34,363 nucleotides of DNA, taken from positions 1 to 34,363 of the forward strand of contig CANGOY010000001.1 of NCBI GenBank assembly GCA_947455585.1, read 5' to 3'. Shown in pieces: positions 1 through 7,976 of the stretch (position 1 is the first letter of the stretch; the number at the start of each line of letters is the position of its first letter). This DNA is from Comamonadaceae bacterium (GTDB lineage: Bacteria; Pseudomonadota; Gammaproteobacteria; Burkholderiales; Burkholderiaceae_C). The notes beneath the pieces are model-generated. The model was not told the DNA's origin. It ran no database searches and worked only from the letters and a program-made list of their open reading frames with translations. Made by a program: the position numbers and the translations under genes.

Positions 1-347
1 AACGCGCCATTGAAATTCACATCCACCGAACGGCGCCAGTCTTCACCCGTCAAATCACCGGGCATGGTGGCGGGCAAAAAGATGCCGGCGTTGTTGAACA
101 GCAAATCCAAGCGGCCATAGTTCACGCGCACCTGCTCAAACAGTTTGGCCACCTCGTTCTCATTGCTCACATCACAAGGCACAGCCAAAGCATTGCCAGC
201 ATTCGCGCCCGCCGCTTGCACGGTAGCTTGCAGCGCATCCGCACGACGCCCCACCAACACCACCTTCCAACCTTCGGCCAACAACGCCAATGCGCATGCT
301 TTGCCAATGCCTGAACTGGCGCCTGTGACGATTGCTACTTTGCTCAT
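1..347 (-). CDS. Short-chain dehydrogenase/reductase (SDR), 3' end runs off the window
   Basis: Not in the ORF track. Manual translation from ATG 347 gives MSKVAIVTGASSGIGKACALALLAEGWKVVLVGRR...CDV...GRLDLLFNNAG, with the TGxxxGIG and NNAG motifs. GGAG SD lies upstream; an alternative in-frame ATG is at 359. Confidence 0.93.
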   Translation of the reverse strand, partial: MSKVAIVTGASSGIGKACALALLAEGWKVVLVGRRADALQATVQAAGANAGNALAVPCDVSNENEVAKLFEQVRVNYGRLDLLFNNAGIFLPATMPGDLTGEDWRRSVDVNFNGA

Positions 348-484
348 TGCTTGCTCCATAAAAATTCATTCTTTGCTGTTTAGTCACTGTATGACGCTTT
401 GCATTTTTACTTGTTCAAACGAGGAGATCTGAAATCATTTTTAATATTTAATTACTACAATTTGGTTTTTATTGGAATTTTTAA

Positions 485-1195
485 ATGAAAAGAGCTATCC
501 CGTTTTGCATCGCTTTTTTAGTTTGCGGTTGTGGAGGAGGAGGGGGCTCTACCCAAGCGACCAACTACAGTCTAAGCACACCCGTTATTGGCGCTCAACG
601 AATTAGCAACGTCACCATCGTAGATAACTCCAACAACACTATCTCGATGCAAAACGGTTTACGTTTGGTTGTCACTTCAGTGAATGCGGACGGCTCTTTC
701 ACTTATCACGAAGACGACCCAGCGAGTAACACCTATATCGTGAATGGCACCAATTATTCTGTCCGACCTGCCGACATCGCCACCAACACCTTCGGTCAAA
801 CAAAGTCAATCACATACACCGCAAGCAATATCAACTGTGCATTCAGCCCAAATGGAGGAGGTCCAACATACCCCATCCAAATCGACAGCGAGTGGTCGGT
901 TACGTGGTCGGAAACATGTGGAACTTCATCTCCTGTCCTGTATGTTCAAACTGGCAAAGTCGTAGGTGTTGAAACCATCACTGTTCCCGCAGGAACGTTT
1001 ACTGCGCTTCATTTCACGTCAACAACTACTCATACCGACTTCCTAGGAACCACACGAGCCATCAAGACTGACACATATAAAAGAACCAATGATTTGATGA
1101 CCATCAAATCTGAAACAAGCTATTCGTACAGCGGAACACTGCCAGCCAATGGTTATCCAATCACGCGAACAGAAGAACTGCAAAGTGCGCAATAA
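485..1195 (+). CDS. Hypothetical lipoprotein, Ser/Thr-rich and probably beta-rich
   Basis: 236-aa ORF. Signal peptide with lipobox-like LVCGC, then a GGGGGS linker and an ETITVPAGTF motif. Visibly more AT-rich than its neighbours. Confidence 0.8.
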   Translation: MKRAIPFCIAFLVCGCGGGGGSTQATNYSLSTPVIGAQRISNVTIVDNSNNTISMQNGLRLVVTSVNADGSFTYHEDDPASNTYIVNGTNYSVRPADIATNTFGQTKSITYTASNINCAFSPNGGGPTYPIQIDSEWSVTWSETCGTSSPVLYVQTGKVVGVETITVPAGTFTALHFTSTTTHTDFLGTTRAIKTDTYKRTNDLMTIKSETSYSYSGTLPANGYPITRTEELQSAQ

Positions 1196-1245
1196 CGACT
1201 AAGGGCTGCGACTCATACAAGAGCTGCAAAAGCAATCAAGCGGAT

Positions 1246-1254
1246 TGGTAAAGT
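1246..1254 (+). promoter_or_regulatory. Putative extended -10 (TGGTAAAGT) 6 nt before the cupin ATG
   Basis: TGn followed by TAAAGT at 1249-1254; ATG at 1261. Confidence 0.4.
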
Positions 1255-1260
1255 AAGGCT

Positions 1261-1644
1261 ATGAGCACATTCAACAAAGTCATCCTCTTCACCGACTCCG
1301 ACGGCTTCGCGCGTTTCCGAGAGGAAACGGTAGCGCTAACCGAAGGCAAACCACAAGCGCGTTTGTCGCCCCTCATGTCCAGTGGCGGCATGCAGCTACG
1401 CCGCAGCCCTGTAGGGTTTCGCAGCGACTTTCATTGCACCGACAACCCGCAATGGTTGTTTGTGTTGGAAGGTCAGATGGAAATCTTTTTGCAAGACGGC
1501 ACGTCGCGCGTCTTTGGCCCAGGCGAACACTTTTACTCAGCCGATGTGTTGCCCGCAGGCGCTACGTTTGATGCCAAGGTGCACGGTCACTGGAGCCGCC
1601 AAGTGGGGCCTGACGAACTCGTCACCTTGTTTGTGCGCGGCTAA
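1261..1644 (+). CDS. Cupin-domain protein
   Basis: FHC...QWLFVLEGQMEI...F.PGE...GHWS cupin metal-binding pattern. Confidence 0.8.
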   Translation: MSTFNKVILFTDSDGFARFREETVALTEGKPQARLSPLMSSGGMQLRRSPVGFRSDFHCTDNPQWLFVLEGQMEIFLQDGTSRVFGPGEHFYSADVLPAGATFDAKVHGHWSRQVGPDELVTLFVRG

Positions 1645-1657
1645 TTGATGCGCAAGC

Positions 1658-1682
1658 TAAGCCGCGCAGGCTGCGTGGCTTA
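1658..1682. terminator. Hairpin between the convergent cupin and azlD genes
   Basis: TAAGCCGCGCA-GGC-TGCGTGGCTTA inverted repeat; no strong U-tract. Confidence 0.45.
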
Positions 1683-2030
1683 CCAGCCAAGGCCTAGGTG
1701 CAAGGGCAAGTAAACGGCCATACCCAACATGATGGTCAGCAGTACATCACGCTTAGCAAAGTACACCGCCACACCCACCGCTGCTGCAAAGATACGGGCG
1801 TCTTGCCAAGTAGCAATGAGCTGGCCTTGGCTCATCACAATCTCGGGCACAACCACCGCTGACAGCGCGGCGATGGGCGCGTATTGCAGACCGCGCTGCG
1901 CCCAGTGGGGCAAGTGCCATTCGGTGTTACTTAAAAAGAAAAAGCTGCGCGTGACCGCTGTGATGATGGCCAGGCCCACGATGACCCACAGGGTCCATGC
2001 GTCGGTCACGTTCAAGTCTGTGCTGCTCAT
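1680..2030 (-). CDS. azlD: AzlD-family branched-chain amino acid exporter, small subunit
   Basis: Real start is ATG 2030 (MSSTDL...), overlapping the azlC stop as ATGA. Hydrophobic, with RSFFF...LP.W..RGLQYAPIAALSAVVVP. Confidence 0.88.
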   Translation of the reverse strand: MSSTDLNVTDAWTLWVIVGLAIITAVTRSFFFLSNTEWHLPHWAQRGLQYAPIAALSAVVVPEIVMSQGQLIATWQDARIFAAAVGVAVYFAKRDVLLTIMLGMAVYLPLHLGLGW

Positions 2031-2758
2031 GCAAGCCTCTCTTTCGCGGCCTTGAACTGCTCTGCCATCAAGCATGCGAACACCGCCATGAGAATGGCCA
2101 ACACGATGTTGAGTTTCAAAGGCAAGGCGTAGGCGAACACCGCCGCGATGCCCGCGACGATGGCAGACAACACACGCAAACGCGAGCTCGCCAATGAGCA
2201 TTGAATGCCCATCAAACACAAGATGCCCGCAAAGCCTAAGCCCCACGAGGTAGGAATGGCATTGGCCAAAGCAATGCCCAGCAAACTGCACGAAATCCAA
2301 CTGGTCCAGTTGGCAAAACTCAAACCAGCCAAGTAAGCTTCTTGCGTGAGGCGGTGTTCGTCGGAGTGCGCAGGGTGGGCAAAGCGGCGGGTGAACAACA
2401 CATAGACAGGGTCCGTGGTGAAGTAGCCCACCACGATACGCGGCAAGCGCGGGAGGTACATGAGGTAGCCGCGCATGTGCAAGCTGAACACCACAAAGCG
2501 CAAGTTCACGCAAAAGCCCGCGGCCAACACCACCCAAGCAGGCGCACCTGCCACGATGAGTGGTGTAGCCGCCAATTGCGAGCTACCTGCGTAGACGACC
2601 AGCGTCATGAACACGGCCTCAAACACACTCATACCCGACTTGACCAAAGCGACGCCCGTCATGAGCGCCCACGCAATTTGCCCAAAGGCTTGTGGGGCCA
2701 AGTCACGCATGCCGAGTTTGAACTCAGGGTGTTGGTAAAGCTTGCGTTGCCAAAACAT
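2027..2758 (-). CDS. azlC: AzlC-family exporter, large subunit
   Basis: VYAGSSQLA and VNLRFVVFS motifs, multi-TM. Start overlaps the fmt stop (TGATG). Confidence 0.92.
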   Translation of the reverse strand: MFWQRKLYQHPEFKLGMRDLAPQAFGQIAWALMTGVALVKSGMSVFEAVFMTLVVYAGSSQLAATPLIVAGAPAWVVLAAGFCVNLRFVVFSLHMRGYLMYLPRLPRIVVGYFTTDPVYVLFTRRFAHPAHSDEHRLTQEAYLAGLSFANWTSWISCSLLGIALANAIPTSWGLGFAGILCLMGIQCSLASSRLRVLSAIVAGIAAVFAYALPLKLNIVLAILMAVFACLMAEQFKAAKERLA

Positions 2759-3747
2759 CAGCTAACTTTGTGTGTTGCGTGTGGCTCAAAACATTGGCCA
2801 ACGGCGAGCGGGAAGCCGCGCAAAAAGTCAGCCGCGTTCAAGCGCTTGCCGCCTGCGCGTTGCAGCTCGGTCACGCACAACACGCCTTGGCCACAGGCCA
2901 CGCGCACGCCGTGCTCGTCGGCGCTGAGCACGGTGCCTGCTGGCTTTTGATGTGCGGTGTTTTCTACCGTGGCACGCCACAGCTTGATGACGTCTGCACC
3001 CAGCTGCGCCGATGCGGCGGGGAATGGGTTGAACGCACGCACACGTCGGCCGATGGCTTCGGCCGATTGCAGCCAATCGACAGCAGCTTCGGCTTTTTCA
3101 ATTTTGTGGGCGTAGGTGATACCAGCCTCGGGCTGCTTGACGGGTTGCAGCTTGCCCGCTTGTGCATTGGCCAACGCACGTACCACCAGTGTGCCGCCCA
3201 TGTCGGCCAAGCGGTCGTGCAGGCTGGCGGTGGTGTCTTCTGCGGCAATGTCGAACACATCGGTCAGCAGCATATCGCCGGTGTCGAGGCCTGCGTCCAT
3301 TTGCATGATGACCACGCCGGTTTGCGCGTCACCCGCTTCAATGGCACGGTGAATCGGCGCAGCACCGCGCCAGCGTGGCAAGAGCGATGCATGAATGTTC
3401 AGGCAGCCCAAGCGCGGCGCGTCCAGCGTCCACTGCGGCAAGATGAGGCCATAGGCGGCCACCACCATCACATCGGCCTTTGCCTCGGCAATGGCGACTT
3501 TTGCAGCGGCTGCATCGTCTGGGTATTTACCATCGAGGCGCAGGCTCAACGGTTGAGCCACGGGGATGTTGTGTTGCACGGCCAGCTGCTTCACTGCCGA
3601 GGCTTGCAGCTTCATGCCGCGACCAGCGGGACGGTCGGGCTGGGTCAGCACCAAGGGCACAGTGTGGCCCGCAGCCAAAATTTTAGCCAAGGCCTCAGCC
3701 GCAAATTCGGGCGTGCCGGCAAAGATGACGCGAAGCGAATCACTCAT
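2758..3747 (-). CDS. fmt: Methionyl-tRNA formyltransferase
   Basis: [48 protein letters not shown]. Confidence 0.98.
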   Translation of the reverse strand: MSDSLRVIFAGTPEFAAEALAKILAAGHTVPLVLTQPDRPAGRGMKLQASAVKQLAVQHNIPVAQPLSLRLDGKYPDDAAAAKVAIAEAKADVMVVAAYGLILPQWTLDAPRLGCLNIHASLLPRWRGAAPIHRAIEAGDAQTGVVIMQMDAGLDTGDMLLTDVFDIAAEDTTASLHDRLADMGGTLVVRALANAQAGKLQPVKQPEAGITYAHKIEKAEAAVDWLQSAEAIGRRVRAFNPFPAASAQLGADVIKLWRATVENTAHQKPAGTVLSADEHGVRVACGQGVLCVTELQRAGGKRLNAADFLRGFPLAVGQCFEPHATHKVS

Positions 3748-3761
3748 ATTGGAAGACGCAT

Positions 3762-4268
3762 TTATTCGTCATCGCGCAAAGCTTTGAGCATTTTGGTTTT
3801 GATGCGGTTGCGCTTCAAGGGCGAGAGGTATTCCACAAACACCTTGCCCATCAAGTGGTCCAGTTCGTGCTGAATGCACACGGCCAACAAACCTTCGGCT
3901 TCGATGGTGCGTTCTTTGCCGTGCTCGTCGAGGGCTTTCACCTTCACATGCGTGGCGCGTTCCACGCCGTCGTAAATACCGGGCACAGACAAGCAGCCCT
4001 CGTCGCCTTTGACGCGCTCGTCGCCCATCCAGGTGATTTCGGGGTTGATGAGCACCATGGGCTCGTCGCGCTCTTCAGAGGTATCAATCACCACCAAACG
4101 TTCGTGCACATCCACTTGGCTTGCGGCTAGGCCGATGCCATTGGCGTCGTACATGGTTTCCAGCATGTCGGCAATCAGGGTCTTGATGCGCGCGTCAATT
4201 TCTTTGACGGGCTTGGCGACTGTGTGGAGCTTGGGGTCGGGGAATCGGAGGATGTCTAACTTGGGCAT
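3762..4268 (-). CDS. def: Peptide deformylase
   Basis: GIGLAA.Q, EGCLSVP and QHELDH motifs; directly upstream of fmt. Confidence 0.98.
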   Translation of the reverse strand: MPKLDILRFPDPKLHTVAKPVKEIDARIKTLIADMLETMYDANGIGLAASQVDVHERLVVIDTSEERDEPMVLINPEITWMGDERVKGDEGCLSVPGIYDGVERATHVKVKALDEHGKERTIEAEGLLAVCIQHELDHLMGKVFVEYLSPLKRNRIKTKMLKALRDDE

Positions 4269-4274
4269 GTCTGT

Positions 4275-4297
4275 ATTGTAAAAGGCAGGCCTAGAAT
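4275..4297. promoter_or_regulatory. Back-to-back -10 elements for def (TACAAT, minus, 4275-4280) and the 4304 ORF (TAGAAT, plus, 4292-4297)
   Basis: Each hexamer ends exactly 6 nt before its ATG within a 35-bp divergent gap. Confidence 0.55.
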
Positions 4298-4303
4298 GAG
4301 CTG

Positions 4304-4636
4304 ATGCGCAAGTTTTGTCTCCTCATTTGCATCAGCTTATTCAGCAGCATGTTTCATGCTGTGGCGATGCCTGTCGAGACTTTGCAGGCACCCGCCATAG
4401 AAGCCGTTGCTGCACTGGAACACCATGCCTGTAGCGAAGAGCCCTCGGCTTCGACTGCCAAGTCGTGCAAACTTAGCGGCCATCTGTGTTGCTTAGGCAT
4501 CACCGCAGCCACGCACACCGAGGTGTTGGCAGCGGCGTACGGCACAGAGTTGTTCAACCCCGTGCTTCACACGCTGGTGTTGCAAGACCACCCCAACAAG
4601 CAGTTCAAGCCACCTAGGCTGTCTCTTCAAAGCTAA
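4304..4636 (+). CDS. Small exported Cys/His-rich protein with C-terminal KPPR; CopL/DUF2946-like putative regulatory leader
   Basis: Signal peptide [21 protein letters not shown], central HHAC...[11 protein letters not shown]-terminal [11 protein letters not shown]. Confidence 0.7.
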   Translation: MRKFCLLICISLFSSMFHAVAMPVETLQAPAIEAVAALEHHACSEEPSASTAKSCKLSGHLCCLGITAATHTEVLAAAYGTELFNPVLHTLVLQDHPNKQFKPPRLSLQS

Positions 4637-4684
4637 AACACCCGCGCCCTTTTCAGGGCTGTTGAACTTTGTTTGGAGAAATTT

Positions 4685-5194
4685 ATGAACATGACGCATT
4701 ACATGGAACTGCTCTCGGTGAACCAACCGTGGAACCTGTTGATTTTTATGGCCATCCCCGTGGTGCTGGCCGAGACGCTGACCATCACCGAGTTGTACTT
4801 GCTCTTCACCCGTAATTTCACGGGTTGGGTGCATAGCTTGAACCGCGCAGCGGGCATCACGGTAGGCATTTATTTTGTGGGCGTCATCGCCTACTTGATG
4901 AACACGGCCGTGCTGCCCATCACCCAAGCGGGCGAATGGCGCACCCTCATTGATGTGATTGCCGTGGGTTGCTATTTGATTGGCGGCTTGCCACTCATCT
5001 ACATCGCGCTGCTAGAGCTGGGCATGGTCAACGCAGGCGCGTCAGCCGAAGACAAACGCAAAGTACACGCCATCTGCGTGGCCTTGTTCTTGGTGTTTGG
5101 CCACATCGCCATGATTGCCGGCATGCTTGACCCATCGCTGCTGAGCCACGGCGCTGATGCGGCACCAGACATGCCGATGATGCACAACCACTAA
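4685..5194 (+). CDS. 4-TM membrane protein with Met/His-rich termini, resembling DUF6803 'permease' proteins (recalled, needs HMM check)
   Basis: ATG 4685 follows a GGAG SD. MNMTHYMELL..NQPWNLLIFMAIPVVLAE start, four hydrophobic segments, HAICV...GHIAMIAGM, and tail HGADAAPDMPMMHNH. Confidence 0.8.
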   Translation: MNMTHYMELLSVNQPWNLLIFMAIPVVLAETLTITELYLLFTRNFTGWVHSLNRAAGITVGIYFVGVIAYLMNTAVLPITQAGEWRTLIDVIAVGCYLIGGLPLIYIALLELGMVNAGASAEDKRKVHAICVALFLVFGHIAMIAGMLDPSLLSHGADAAPDMPMMHNH

Positions 5195-5195
5195 G

Positions 5196-5292
5196 CCCGT
5201 TGGGAGCGCAAGCTGGCCGTGAGTTTTTATGAATCAAATGTAGGAATTCATCGGCCAGTTTGCGAATAGCGTGTAGCCCACATCCAAACGGG
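5196..5292 (+). other. Structured intergenic element (nested inverted repeats); possible cis-regulatory RNA or miniature repeat element
   Basis: Outer stem 5196-5205/5283-5292 (9 of 10 bp). Inner stem of about 24 bp at 5207-5230/5240-5264 with G.U wobbles and one bulge. Confidence 0.55.
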
Positions 5293-5300
5293 AGGGGCAC

Positions 5301-6455
5301 ATGGACAAAAACGAATTACGCGCTTGGCTGCGCCTGAGCATGACCGATGGTGTGAGCAACGATGCTGCACGTCGGCTGCTGGGTTGCTTTGGCAGTCCGC
5401 AAGCGGTGTTTGAACAAACCGAAGCCGCGCTGTGTCAAGTGGCTACGCCGAAGCAAGCGCAAGCCTTGCTGACCGTACCCAACGAGTTGGCCGTGCAATG
5501 CGTGCGCACACACCAGTGGCTGATGTACCAGCCCGACACACACAACCACGCGCTGTGGACACTGGGTGACCCGCACTACCCCGCAGAACTGCTGCAACTG
5601 GCAGACCCACCACTGATGATTTACGTAGCGGGCCAAACCGAGCGCACGCTAGGCAATGCCGTGGCCATTGTGGGCAGCCGCAACCCCACACCGCAAGGCG
5701 CGCAAACGGCTGAACAGTTTGGTGAAGCACTGAGTGCTGCAGGCTTGTGTGTGGTGTCGGGTCTCGCTCTTGGTGTCGATGGTGCGGCGCACAAAGGTGC
5801 ACTGCGTGGCGGTGCAAGCTCTGCAACTGACGGCAAACATTGGCACACCGTCGCAGTGGTGGGCACAGGTCTTGACCGCGTGTACCCACGACAACACCAA
5901 ACACTGGCAGGCCAAATTGCGCTGCACGGCTTGTTGATGAGCGAATACCACTTGGGCACAGCGCCACTGGCGCACCACTTTCCCAAACGCAATCGCATCA
6001 TCGCGGCGCTTGGCTTGGGAACGTTGGTGGTGGAAGCGGCGTTGAAATCCGGCTCACTCATTACGGCCAAGATGGCGCTGGATATGAACCGCGAAGTGCT
6101 GGCCATTCCGGGCTCCATCCACGCCACACAATCGCACGGCTGCCATGCGCTGATTCGCCAAGGGGCGAAGTTGGTGGAAAACGCACAAGACGTGTTGGAA
6201 GAATTGCAGCTGGCACCGCAACAACAAGTCAACTTGTTTGCCGATGCTTTAGAAGGTGAAGCTGATGCAGGCTCGTCTGGCGATGAACACACGCTTCTCG
6301 TTCACATGGGTTTTGTTCCTGTGAGCCTAGACGCCTTGCAAGCCCGCTGCGGGCTAGACACCGCCACACTGCAAGCGCAGCTCCTCACCCTAGAGCTCGA
6401 CGGTGCGGTGGGTCGATTGCCAGGAGGGTTGTTTCAACGACTAGCCTCGGCATGA
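5301..6455 (+). CDS. dprA: DNA-processing protein DprA (Smf)
   Basis: VAIVGSR, VVSGLALGVDGAAH, FPKRNRIIA, LVVEAALKSGSLITA, IPGSI...GCHALIRQGAKLV, and C-terminal winged helix LLTLELDG. Confidence 0.97.
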   Translation: MDKNELRAWLRLSMTDGVSNDAARRLLGCFGSPQAVFEQTEAALCQVATPKQAQALLTVPNELAVQCVRTHQWLMYQPDTHNHALWTLGDPHYPAELLQLADPPLMIYVAGQTERTLGNAVAIVGSRNPTPQGAQTAEQFGEALSAAGLCVVSGLALGVDGAAHKGALRGGASSATDGKHWHTVAVVGTGLDRVYPRQHQTLAGQIALHGLLMSEYHLGTAPLAHHFPKRNRIIAALGLGTLVVEAALKSGSLITAKMALDMNREVLAIPGSIHATQSHGCHALIRQGAKLVENAQDVLEELQLAPQQQVNLFADALEGEADAGSSGDEHTLLVHMGFVPVSLDALQARCGLDTATLQAQLLTLELDGAVGRLPGGLFQRLASA

Positions 6456-6487
6456 TGCGTGATGCGTGGTGCGTGGTGCGTGGTGTG
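6453..6487 (+). repeat. Tandem heptamer repeat, 5 x TG(A/G)TG(C/T)G
   Basis: tgatgcg tgatgcg tggtgcg tggtgcg tggtgtg, starting at the dprA stop codon. Confidence 0.85.
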
Positions 6488-6558
6488 TGTTCCGTCATGG
6501 GGGTGAACACCGATATTTCGCGTGAGAGTAGAAACGAAAAACATGTATATTGGGTTCC

Positions 6559-7041
6559 ATGTTTGAAGTGCTCGTATTCGTCTATGAAAACTACTGGCGA
6601 GGCGATGCGTGTCCTGAGCTAGAGCAGCTGGGCCGCAAACTCAACGCCGTGGGTTTTAACGTAGAAGACATCCAACAAGCTTTGTCGTGGCTCGACGAGC
6701 TGAACTTGGCATCTCACAAAACCGAACTCATTGACATCAGTCAAGCCAAGCGCGAGCACCACACCGAATCAGCCCACAGCATGCGCGTGTACTCGGTCGC
6801 CGAGCAAGACCACTTGGGTGCAGCGTGCTTGGGCTTCATCAACTTCCTTGAATCTGCCGATGTCCTGTCGCCTCACATGCGCGAAATCGTGCTGGACCGC
6901 GCGATGGCCATTCCCGGCAACCCCCTCCATTTAGACGACCTCAAAATCATCGTGCTCATGGTTTACTGGAGCATCGGCCTAGAGCCCGATGCACTGGTGC
7001 TGGATGAGTTGTGCGACGACGCAGATCGCGTCGCACACTGA
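6559..7041 (+). CDS. smg: Smg / DUF494 family protein
   Basis: MFEVLVFVYENY...L...GF...I..AL.WL..L, MRVYS..E, REIVLDRAMA, LKIIVLMV.W. Conserved position after dprA. Confidence 0.93.
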   Translation: MFEVLVFVYENYWRGDACPELEQLGRKLNAVGFNVEDIQQALSWLDELNLASHKTELIDISQAKREHHTESAHSMRVYSVAEQDHLGAACLGFINFLESADVLSPHMREIVLDRAMAIPGNPLHLDDLKIIVLMVYWSIGLEPDALVLDELCDDADRVAH

Positions 7042-7055
7042 GCGTTTAACTTGAC

Positions 7056-7976
7056 TTAGTCTTTGCCGCCAAAGCGGTGTTCAATTTCACCCACGATGCC
7101 GCGGCGGAACACCAATACACAGACCACGAATGTGCAGCCCATGATGATGGTGACCCAAGAGCCCAAGCTGGCCAAGTAGTTCTCCATCGTGATGATGACG
7201 GCTGCGCCCACCGCTGGGCCAATCAAAGTACCCATGCCGCCCAGCAAGGTCATCAACACCACTTCACCCGACATTTGCCAGCCCACGTCTGTGAGCGTGG
7301 CCAAACCAAAGGCAATCGCTTTGGTGGCACCGGCCAAACCGGCTAGTGCGGCTGACAACACAAAGGCCACCAGTTTGTAGTGGTCCACGTTGTAGCCCAA
7401 AGACAAAGCGCGTTGCTCGTTTTCGCGGATGGACTTCAGCACTTGGCCGAAGGGTGAATGTACCACGCGGTAAATCAAAGCAAAGGCCGCCACAAAGATG
7501 GCGAGGACCATGTAGTACATGGTCGTGTCACTGCTCATGTCGACAAAACCAAACAACTTGCCGCGTGGAATGCTTTGAATGCCGTCTTCGGCATACGTGA
7601 ACGGTGACTGCACGCAGATGAAGTAAATCATTTGCGCCAAAGCCAAGGTGACCATGGCAAAGTAAATGCCTTGACGACGCACGGCCAGCCAACCTGTAAA
7701 CAAGCCAATGCAAGCAGCAGCCAACGTGCCAGCTAACACGGCCACTTCGGGCGTTAAGCCCCACACCTTGGCGGCATGGCCCGACACATACGCTGCGAAA
7801 CCAAAAAACATGGCATGGCCAAACGAGAGCAAGCCCGTGAAACCAATCAACAAATTAAAGGCGCAGGCGAACAAGCCAAAGCACAACACCTTCATCAAGA
7901 ACATGGGGTAGCCCACAAAGGGCGCTGCCAGCAAGGCGAGCAAGAGTCCGCCGTAAATCAAACGTTTGCTCATCAC
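7056..7976 (-). CDS. LIV-type ABC transporter permease (LivM-like)
   Basis: NLLIGFTGLLSFGHA, GIYFAMVTLALAQ, SPFG.VLKSIRENE.RA.SLGY. Confidence 0.93.
   Translation of the reverse strand: MMSKRLIYGGLLLALLAAPFVGYPMFLMKVLCFGLFACAFNLLIGFTGLLSFGHAMFFGFAAYVSGHAAKVWGLTPEVAVLAGTLAAACIGLFTGWLAVRRQGIYFAMVTLALAQMIYFICVQSPFTYAEDGIQSIPRGKLFGFVDMSSDTTMYYMVLAIFVAAFALIYRVVHSPFGQVLKSIRENEQRALSLGYNVDHYKLVAFVLSAALAGLAGATKAIAFGLATLTDVGWQMSGEVVLMTLLGGMGTLIGPAVGAAVIITMENYLASLGSWVTIIMGCTFVVCVLVFRRGIVGEIEHRFGGKD

Noticed and set aside
145-432. ORFs 145..432 (+) and 172..387 (-)
   Set aside because: Shadow frames of the partial SDR gene, which has clear motifs in another frame.
2031-2537. N-terminal extension of the 285-aa ORF 1680..2537
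   Set aside because: It overlaps azlC out of frame. The AzlD-like part starts at ATG 2030 with an ATGA overlap.
2770-3873. 367-aa antisense ORF over fmt/def
   Set aside because: Typical antisense open frame of GC-biased coding DNA; no motifs.
5196-5298. Assignment of the structured element to a known riboswitch or ribozyme (yybP-ykoY, ZTP, twister)
   Set aside because: The conserved core nucleotides could not be matched by eye, so it is left unassigned.
6453-6487. Possible CRISPR array
   Set aside because: Units are 7 bp with no spacers, and there are no cas genes.
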